DNA of 32,000 nucleotides from NCBI GenBank assembly GCA_964203875.1, contig CAXNNS010000001.1, positions 380,244-412,243 of the forward strand. Reading direction: 5' to 3'. Numbering within the stretch: the stretch's first letter is position 1; each line of letters opens with the position of its first letter. Below the pieces are notes generated by a model. The model was not told the origin of the DNA, did not search any database, and saw only the letters and a program-made list of their open reading frames with translations. The DNA is from Polynucleobacter sp. (GTDB lineage: Bacteria; Pseudomonadota; Gammaproteobacteria; Burkholderiales; Burkholderiaceae). The position numbers and the translations under genes were made by a program. Below, piece after piece: positions 26,472-32,000 of this stretch.

Positions 26472-26756
26472 ATGAAAGTTTCCGCCTGGATTCTTTGCTT
26501 GTTTGCATTACCTGCCTTTGCTCAATCAGACTACCATGCCAATCGCTACTCTGGACGAGCCACAGAAATAACTCCAAGCAATCAAGCTGGCTTTAATACA
26601 GTCAATGGATATTTCTACAATTCAAAAACTAATACCTACTACAAAGGCAAAAACATCAATCGTGATGCAGGCGCGCAACCAAGCCCTCAAGGAAGCCTAG
26701 CGTTTACCTATGATCGCAATCGGTATGCGCCAACCAACCTCAGCATTCAACATTAA
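26472..26756 (+). CDS. small secreted Asn/Tyr-rich protein
   Basis: 94-aa ORF with a signal peptide (MKVSAWILCLFALPAFAQ) and a GGGAGA sequence upstream. Confidence 0.6.
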   Translation: MKVSAWILCLFALPAFAQSDYHANRYSGRATEITPSNQAGFNTVNGYFYNSKTNTYYKGKNINRDAGAQPSPQGSLAFTYDRNRYAPTNLSIQH

Positions 26757-26789
26757 TTCTTGTTCCATCTGGAACAGACAATAACTAAT

Positions 26790-26820
26790 CCTCTATCTAT
26801 CGAGAGCTAATAGATAGAGG
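26790..26820. terminator. bidirectional terminator hairpin between convergent genes
   Basis: cctctatctat-cgagagcta-atagatagagg forms an 11-bp perfect stem between 26472..26756 (+) and 26840..27229 (-). Confidence 0.55.
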
Positions 26821-26839
26821 TGCTTTAGGTTAATAGTCT

Positions 26840-27229
26840 TTATTGGTGATATCTATATTCCTGAGTTTTGCCACCATAGCCATAGGCCGTCGCTCGTACA
26901 TTTGCCACATATACATAGCTTTCCTCATGTAAGTTCCCTAGTATTTTCTCAAATCCTGCAAAGGCTTCTTTGATGTATTGAGCTTTTTCATCTTTGGTAT
27001 TGGTTTCATCCGTAACCTTGATATCAAAGTAAAAGCTGTTTTTATTCTGCTCACTTAATAACTTACCGCCAACGATCCAGCAGTCCCTATCTATATAGTC
27101 AATCGCAATAGCAGTAACTTCTCGTTTCTTGTTCAAGATTCGCGTTGTTATGTCTAAGAGCAAATCAGTAACCTGCTTAGTAGTTTCAACACTCTTTGTT
27201 CCGCTTATCTTTACATTCAATATGGGCAT
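26840..27229 (-). CDS. tautomerase-superfamily protein (long, about 128-aa form)
   Basis: 129-aa ORF beginning MPILNVKISG, which gives the catalytic Pro1 after Met removal. Length and pattern fit the tautomerase family. Confidence 0.65.
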   Translation of the reverse strand: MPILNVKISGTKSVETTKQVTDLLLDITTRILNKKREVTAIAIDYIDRDCWIVGGKLLSEQNKNSFYFDIKVTDETNTKDEKAQYIKEAFAGFEKILGNLHEESYVYVANVRATAYGYGGKTQEYRYHQ

Positions 27230-27242
27230 TTGTTTCTCCTAA

Positions 27243-27261
27243 TTAGTTAGCTATACAACTA
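27243..27261. promoter_or_regulatory. putative MarR operator copy upstream of the tautomerase gene
   Basis: ttagttagctatacaacta is near-identical to the box at 27717-27736. It contains the half-sites TTAGTT/AACTA. Confidence 0.45.
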
Positions 27262-27283
27262 TTAATTCAAAAAAATAGGGGCA

Positions 27284-27697
27284 CTACAAAATCTCACTAA
27301 TTCCCCTTAACTTACCTACGACATCTAAAAACTCATCTGAGCCCAAGAGCCTCTTAAACTTCTTGGTGACTTCTCCGCTGGCCGCATTCAAACCATCTTT
27401 CATGGCCTTTGCCTTTCTTGTGGGATGAACTTCAATCTCACGAGCATCGTCAGGCGATGACCTTCTTTCAATTAGCCCTAGCTTCTCAAGTCCATCCAAT
27501 CCTCTAGAGGCTGTAGGTTTAGTGATATTCATTTCCTTTGCCAAAGCATTTTGATAGGACTGTGGCTTTTCCAATATCACTCTCAACATGAATGCCTGTG
27601 ATGGCGTCAAACCAAATGGCTTAAACGCTATAGTCCATTCCCGCTCTAGCTTACGAGCCAATGAAGTGGTATTGAAATAGAGGCATTGTTCAAACAT
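27284..27697 (-). CDS. MarR-family transcriptional regulator
   Basis: 137-aa ORF with a winged HTH (LAKEMNITKPTASRGLDGLEKLGLIERR). Confidence 0.85.
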   Translation of the reverse strand: MFEQCLYFNTTSLARKLEREWTIAFKPFGLTPSQAFMLRVILEKPQSYQNALAKEMNITKPTASRGLDGLEKLGLIERRSSPDDAREIEVHPTRKAKAMKDGLNAASGEVTKKFKRLLGSDEFLDVVGKLRGISEIL

Positions 27698-27716
27698 AGG
27701 CTCACTTTAACATGTT

Positions 27717-27736
27717 TTAGTTAGCTATGCAACTAA
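27717..27736. promoter_or_regulatory. putative MarR operator upstream of the MarR gene
   Basis: ttagttagctatgcaactaa is a palindrome (TTAGTT-N8-AACTAA) 20 nt upstream of the MarR start. Confidence 0.5.
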
Positions 27737-27818
27737 TACTAAGAATTTATTCCATTTGGAACAAGCTTGCTACTAATCACTAAACCTGGGAAGATTCTAG
27801 TAATTAAAAGGAATCTAA

Positions 27819-28019
27819 ATGGAAATGGTTCGAGTTGTGTCTAGTGCAATGGATGCCGTGGGCTACGATAAAGATAAACAACGACTGTTTATTACGTTCA
27901 AGCAGGGTGATACCTATACTTTTTGCAGAGTTCCCGAAAGTATTCACCAAGGTCTAATGACTGCTGGTTCCAAAGGCAGTTATTACGATAACTTTATAAA
28001 AGATAAGTTTGACTGCTAA
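27819..28019 (+). CDS. KTSC-domain protein
   Basis: 66-aa ORF. VSSAMDAVGYDKDKQRLFITFKQGDTYTFCRVPESIHQGLMTAGSKGSYYDNFIK matches the KTSC domain pattern. Confidence 0.75.
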   Translation: MEMVRVVSSAMDAVGYDKDKQRLFITFKQGDTYTFCRVPESIHQGLMTAGSKGSYYDNFIKDKFDC

Positions 28020-28047
28020 TTAACTCAAACATGAAATAGGTTAAAAA

Positions 28048-28218
28048 ATGCTCTACGCTTTCGTCCTTTGGCTCATTCTTATTGGTGGAGGTCATTTGCT
28101 TGTAAGGCTAGAAAATGCTCCGGATCAAATCAAAGATTTAGCCGGCTGGCTTATTGGGGCGGGCTATATTGGCGCAGTAATATCCATTCCCCTATTTGCA
28201 ATCAGCTCAGGACGCTAA
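28048..28218 (+). CDS. possible 56-aa two-helix membrane peptide (below the ORF-track cutoff)
   Basis: Hand translation gives MLYAFVLWLILIGGGHLLVRLENAPDQIKDLAGWLIGAGYIGAVISIPLFAISSGR. The Shine-Dalgarno sequence is weak. Confidence 0.3.
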   Translation: MLYAFVLWLILIGGGHLLVRLENAPDQIKDLAGWLIGAGYIGAVISIPLFAISSGR

Positions 28219-28250
28219 TCTCTATCTATCCAACCCCGTTGAATCAAGGC

Positions 28251-28439
28251 ATGAAGACTGAAGATATTGGAACGATTTGCCCAGCTTGCGGAAGGGCTAA
28301 TGACTGCCAAATAGCTGGTGAGAAGAAGTGTTGGTGTTTTGATGTACCTGTAAACAAGGAGAAACTCGAGCAAGCACTTAAGGACAAGTCAAAAGATCAA
28401 TGCTTGTGCAAGGATTGCCTGAAGAAGTTAAGCGTCTAA
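28251..28439 (+). CDS. cysteine-rich CWC-type small protein
   Basis: I prefer the internal ATG at 28251 (MKTEDIGTICPACGRANDCQIAGEKKCWCFD...CLCKDCL). The N-terminal part of the 123-aa track ORF overlaps the membrane-peptide frame and looks non-coding. Confidence 0.6.
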   Translation: MKTEDIGTICPACGRANDCQIAGEKKCWCFDVPVNKEKLEQALKDKSKDQCLCKDCLKKLSV

Positions 28440-28454
28440 TTACGCGACGCTTAA
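28428..28454. repeat. island palindrome, copy 7 (divergent variant)
   Basis: ttaagcgtc-taattacgc-gacgcttaa shares the GCGTC/GACGC core and overlaps the stop codon of the CWC gene. Confidence 0.35.
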
Positions 28455-28463
28455 TAAGCAATA

Positions 28464-28691
28464 TCAACCCTTGGGTGGATGTGGATCTTTTCCATAACTA
28501 TTTCTACGTGTAATGCGCCCCTTGTCATCATGAATCAACAATTCACTTTTTTGATTAATGGCAATCTCCCTAGCCACTTTTGATGCTTCGGTCTGTGTGC
28601 GATGTAGTGATGTTGCCTTTGTATTTCCTTCGCCCTTTACCGCCCACCCATTTTCGGCTTTAACAACATGTTGGTTTTTTCCAGCCATCAT
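28464..28691 (-). CDS. DUF2188-family small protein
   Basis: HVVKAENGWAVKGEGNTKATSLHRTQTEA fits the DUF2188 pattern. I place the start at the tandem ATG ATG preceded by AGGGGGG (28691/28688). Confidence 0.7.
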   Translation of the reverse strand: MMAGKNQHVVKAENGWAVKGEGNTKATSLHRTQTEASKVAREIAINQKSELLIHDDKGRITRRNSYGKDPHPPKG

Positions 28692-28853
28692 CACCCCCCT
28701 TTGCCCATTCAAATCAAAAAATCACTGTAATTTCATACAGCATTAATTAACATAAAATTTACTTGGTTTACTTAAAAACTCTTATATGTTACATTCAAAT
28801 TCAATTTTTTGCAGAAAAACTGCGTAAATTACAATTTAATTAGATGAAAAGAC

Positions 28854-30155
28854 ATGTTAATAGAATTTAGCGTAGCAAATTTCAAATCTATTCTTGAACG
28901 CCAAACCCTGAGCATGGTGGCCAGCGCAGACTCTGAACATGCTGAAAAAAATGTAATCGAACTCCCCGGCGAAACAATTAAATATCTGAAATCGGCGGTT
29001 GTTTACGGACCAAATGCTGCGGGCAAGAGCAACCTCTTAAAGGCCATGCTTGTATTACAACAACTTATCCTTCATTCCGCCTCCTCCCAAGAAGGCATTC
29101 CAATGATTGGCATTACACCTTTTCTACTGGATGGGAATATTCCAGACGAGCCTTCTGAATTCAACATCATCTTCATAGCAAACGATGGCGTGAAATATGA
29201 ATATCATTTTTCTGCAACACCAAAAGCGGTTGAAAAAGAGTGGATGGTTGCCTATCCGAATGGCAGGCCGCAGCGTTGGTTTGAGCGCGAACTAAATAAA
29301 ACAACCGGCAAATACGAGTGGTGGTTTGGCTCGAAGTTTAAAGGCGAAAAGGCAGAGAGAAAAGTTTGGCAAGACTTCACCAGAAATAATTCTTTGTTTT
29401 TTTCTACCGCAGTTCAGCTAAACAACGAACAACTTAAAACTCCTTTTGGGTGGATAGCCAATCAACTTATTGTCATAACATCGGGTATTGACCTTAACCC
29501 ATGGCTCAGCATTAATCTTATTAAGAATAATGAAGGCCATAAAATTCTTGATTACTTGCAAGCCGCTGATATTGGAATTGACGGGATTGATATTAAAGAA
29601 GAGGATTTGCCCCCTCAAGCCCATTTCATAGGCGGCAATCCTTTTATGCAGGCGATTGGCGCAATGAACTTCAACCATGGCGCACCTGAAGATGCTGCGG
29701 GACAAAAACCAAAAATGATTAGGGTTACAACTACGCACAAAAATACAGAAACCAATGAGGTGGTTCAGTTAAGCATTGAGGATGAATCCGAAGGCACTAG
29801 AAAGCTATTTAATCTAACTGGCGGCTGGATTAGATCGCTTGATATTGGAGCAACCTTATTGGTGGATGAACTTGAAAGAAGTCTTCATCCAAAGATAACC
29901 CGATTTTTAGTTGAGCTTTTTCATAGTAATAAAAATCAAAGCAATGCTCAATTAATTTTTACAACGCACGATACAAATCTTTTGGACACCTCTTTATTGA
30001 GAAGAGATCAAATTTGGTTTGTCGAGAAAAACAATGGCAAGGCAACACATCTTTATTCCTTGCTCGATTACAACCCGCGCAAAGAAGAGGCTTTGGAGCG
30101 AGGATACCTAAAAGGCAGGTATGGGGCAGTTCCTGTTGTGGGGGAAATTAATTAA
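28854..30155 (+). CDS. AAA_15/AAA_21-type ATPase (AbiLi/RloA-like)
   Basis: 433-aa ORF with Walker A GPNAAGKSN, Walker B LLVDELERSLHP and FTTHDTNLLD. It has the ABC/OLD-like ATPase architecture. Confidence 0.85.
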   Translation: MLIEFSVANFKSILERQTLSMVASADSEHAEKNVIELPGETIKYLKSAVVYGPNAAGKSNLLKAMLVLQQLILHSASSQEGIPMIGITPFLLDGNIPDEPSEFNIIFIANDGVKYEYHFSATPKAVEKEWMVAYPNGRPQRWFERELNKTTGKYEWWFGSKFKGEKAERKVWQDFTRNNSLFFSTAVQLNNEQLKTPFGWIANQLIVITSGIDLNPWLSINLIKNNEGHKILDYLQAADIGIDGIDIKEEDLPPQAHFIGGNPFMQAIGAMNFNHGAPEDAAGQKPKMIRVTTTHKNTETNEVVQLSIEDESEGTRKLFNLTGGWIRSLDIGATLLVDELERSLHPKITRFLVELFHSNKNQSNAQLIFTTHDTNLLDTSLLRRDQIWFVEKNNGKATHLYSLLDYNPRKEEALERGYLKGRYGAVPVVGEIN

Positions 30156-30799
30156 TGCCATCTCGTAGGCTATCAACACTAAGAAGCGAAAGATCGTTTT
30201 CTAGAAAGGCTGGAAAGACTCCACCTAAAGAGGTAACCTTGATTGTTTGCGAGGGCGAAACAGAGACTAAATATCTAAAAACTCTTTGTCAAACCCTTAG
30301 ACTTACTACCGCCAGCATATATGTTTGTGATAACGGCACCGATTCTGCTCCAATTAATTTGGTGAACAGAGCAGAAAGGCTCAATCTAACCAACGATGGC
30401 TACGACCATATTTATTGCGTGTTTGATAAAGATGTTCATGAAAGTTTCAACAGGGCCAGAGAAAGAATACAAGCCTTAAACAAACGCAGCAGAAAACCCC
30501 TTCCTATTAAAGAGGCTATTAGCATCCCATCATTTGAGCTATGGATATTGCTCCACTATGAACAAACCGATCGCTCATTTAATAACTCTGCCGAGGTGGT
30601 TAGATATATTACAAATCAAAATCACATACGAGCTTATAAAAAAGCTGATGATTCAATTTGTCAGGAACTAGTCGAGAAACTTGAAACCGCGATTGCTAAT
30701 GCTGTTTGGCTTGAAAAACGCGGTCACACTAAAAATGAAAATCCGATGACGAATGTTCACAAACTTGTAGAACACATAAAAGAAATTTCTATTAAATAA
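30155..30799 (+). CDS. RloB-like (TOPRIM-like) protein (AbiLii-like)
   Basis: 214-aa ORF whose start overlaps the ATPase stop codon (TAATG). Motifs are LIVCEGETETKYL, YCVFDKDVH and PSFELWILLHY. Confidence 0.8.
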   Translation: MPSRRLSTLRSERSFSRKAGKTPPKEVTLIVCEGETETKYLKTLCQTLRLTTASIYVCDNGTDSAPINLVNRAERLNLTNDGYDHIYCVFDKDVHESFNRARERIQALNKRSRKPLPIKEAISIPSFELWILLHYEQTDRSFNNSAEVVRYITNQNHIRAYKKADDSICQELVEKLETAIANAVWLEKRGHTKNENPMTNVHKLVEHIKEISIK

Positions 30800-30939
30800 T
30801 CCATCCAACACGACGCTGCGGATGCCACTTGGGAAATATTCGAAACCGCTCGGAGCCAATAGATTCGGTGCTTGTAGGGCGGTGGGTCGCAACCAGCTTA
30901 GAGCTTATGTACAAAGGACTGTTAGTCCTCTATCCTAGC

Positions 30940-30977
30940 TTTTCAATCCTCTGCTCTACCGACTGAGCTACCAGGCC
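30940..30977 (-). repeat. orphan 5' half of tRNA-Phe (nt 1-38): distal island boundary (att-like direct repeat)
   Basis: ttttcaatcctctgctctaccgactgagctaccaggcc is identical over 38 bp to 8025-8062. Identity stops inside the anticodon loop. Confidence 0.9.
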
Positions 30978-31212
30978 ATTTAAGATTGTTAATTATACGC
31001 AAACTGAATTTGGGGGCAGCAGAAAGCTACCGCATCTGCCTTTTCTCTTTGTAGTTATTGGGCCTGCAGCTGTATTTGTTTTATCGCTAATGCCCGTGCT
31101 GAGCCTAGTTTTTGCTAGTACGAAATGACTTTTTTACTTACTCAATAAAAAAGCCACTGCTGATCTGCTGTCAATTTAGGTCCACTGCTTAAGAGAGTTT
31201 TTCTATAGTAAA

Positions 31213-32000
31213 TCATTGCAACAACATGGGTTGATTCTGCAATAGTTTGGGTACTTGGGTTTGGGGTGCTGGTGGCCTATAACCTAATGCACTATGGGGC
31301 CTAACATGGTTATAGTGCTTGACCCACTCCCCCACGATGATCTGGGCTTCTTTTAGGCTATAAAAGATCTCCCCATCCAGTAAGTTATCCCTGAAGGTGC
31401 CGTTAAAGCTTTCACAAAAGCCATTCTCCCAAGGACTGCCTGGAGTAATGTAGGCAGTTTTGACGCCAATGCCGGCAAGCCACTTGCGCAGGTCTTTGGC
31501 AATAAATTCTGGACCGTTATCCGAGCGTATGTACTCTGGGATACCGTTTTCAATCATGGCATTAGCCAGTTGTTCAATGACTTGGATTGATCCAATTCTT
31601 CTGGCGCAGAAGATCGTTAAACACTTTCTACTGAACTCATCAATTATCGTGAGCATGCGGATCTTGCCACCATAGGCATCTCTGATAAAGACAAAATCGT
31701 AACTCCAAACATGATTGAGGTGAGTAGCCCTCAGGCGCATACAACTACCATCGGAGAGCCAGAGTCTGCCTCTAGGAGGCTGCTTTTGCGGGATCTTTAG
31801 ACCTTCCTCTCGCCAGATGCGAGCTACTTTTGCGGTAGTTGCCTGACCCCAACCGCTATTACGCATCATGCCCGCAATAAATCGATAACCGTAACGGCCA
31901 TAAGTGCTGGCCATGCGGATAACTTCAGCCCTCAGCGGCTTTTCATCATCTCTGGGCAGCGGCATGTACCGATACGCTGCTCTGGATAGCCCCACTAAAC
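31213..32000 (-). CDS. IS3-family transposase OrfB (rve/DDE domain); N-terminal part runs off the window
   Basis: The frame stays open to base 32000. Motifs are HVWSYDFVF, IRSDNGPEF, SPWENGFCESFNGTFRD and YNHVRPHSALGYRPP. The IS end lies somewhere in 31020-31212 and cannot be fixed without the other end. Confidence 0.85.
   Translation of the reverse strand, partial: LVGLSRAAYRYMPLPRDDEKPLRAEVIRMASTYGRYGYRFIAGMMRNSGWGQATTAKVARIWREEGLKIPQKQPPRGRLWLSDGSCMRLRATHLNHVWSYDFVFIRDAYGGKIRMLTIIDEFSRKCLTIFCARRIGSIQVIEQLANAMIENGIPEYIRSDNGPEFIAKDLRKWLAGIGVKTAYITPGSPWENGFCESFNGTFRDNLLDGEIFYSLKEAQIIVGEWVKHYNHVRPHSALGYRPPAPQTQVPKLLQNQPMLLQ

Noticed and set aside
28068-28250. N-terminal part of the 123-aa ORF 28068..28439
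   Set aside because: It has Trp/Arg-rich, non-protein-like composition and overlaps a plausible membrane-peptide frame. The Cys-rich CWC-like domain begins at the internal ATG at 28251.
9182-28454. The repeated palindromes read as a CRISPR array or integron attC sites
   Set aside because: Spacing is irregular, at roughly 1.7-7 kb, with whole genes between copies. There are no cas genes. The repeats are only 19-29 bp, whereas attC sites are longer and have R/L boxes. No IntI-type integrase with its characteristic insertion is evident.
30668-30892. 74-aa minus-strand ORF overlapping the 3' end of the RloB-like gene
   Set aside because: It is antisense to a well-supported CDS and has no start context or motifs. 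The region 30800-30939 more likely holds only a small terminator-like hairpin (aggact-gtt-agtcct, about 30915-30929) before the att-like repeat.
30978-31030. Reading ...gcaaactgaatttgggggcagcag... as the terminal inverted repeat of the adjacent IS3-family element
   Set aside because: This is not rejected outright. The reverse complement (TGCTGCCCCCAAATTCAG) vaguely resembles IS3/IS407-type ends. However, the segment aligns with the sequence next to the intact tRNA (8063-8100), and the transposase stop codon is about 190 bp away. I therefore favour tRNA-upstream (promoter) homology. Deciding needs the other IS end, which lies outside the window.
1-32000. Retron, DGR, CBASS, Thoeris or toxin-antitoxin signatures elsewhere in the island
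   Set aside because: I found no reverse transcriptase, cyclase, TIR/SIR2, or recognisable TA pair in any frame of the ORF track or in the intergenic regions I read by eye.

Overview
The window looks like an AT-rich proteobacterial chromosome, roughly 40-45% GC by eye. It is centred on a tRNA-Phe(GAA) gene (7987-8062, minus strand) that has been used as an integration hotspot on both sides.

Left of the tRNA (about 2.5-8 kb) are five small one- or two-gene islets. Each ends in a decayed copy of the tRNA-Phe 3' end, and three of those copies also keep a terminator hairpin. Their cargo is a cupredoxin, a DUF4395-like membrane protein, a Rap1a-like periplasmic protein, an EF-hand protein, and an alpha/beta-hydrolase gene split by an IS30-family element. 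Further left are ordinary genes: a cupin, a peroxiredoxin and a sensor kinase.

Right of the tRNA is a 22.9-kb mosaic island (8063-30939). It is bounded by perfect 38-bp direct repeats that equal tRNA-Phe nt 1-38. It carries:
- three tyrosine recombinases;
- a Type ISP-like nuclease-motor-methyltransferase fusion (1656 aa) in an operon with a PIF1/RecD-like helicase and a 70-aa protein;
- a WYL regulator followed by an unknown 234-aa protein;
- a truncated RFC/clamp-loader-like ATPase module;
- an AbiL-like AAA-ATPase/RloB pair;
- a MarR-tautomerase cassette and several small secreted or Cys-rich proteins.

A conserved palindrome (GCGTCTAGTTGCTGGACGC family) recurs seven times, only inside the island and mostly at module boundaries. 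The window ends in a partial IS3-family transposase.

The best candidates for an undescribed system are the Type ISP + SF1 helicase + small-protein operon, the WYL-regulated 234-aa gene, and the RFC-like module.

All family assignments come from motifs read by eye. No database search was possible.
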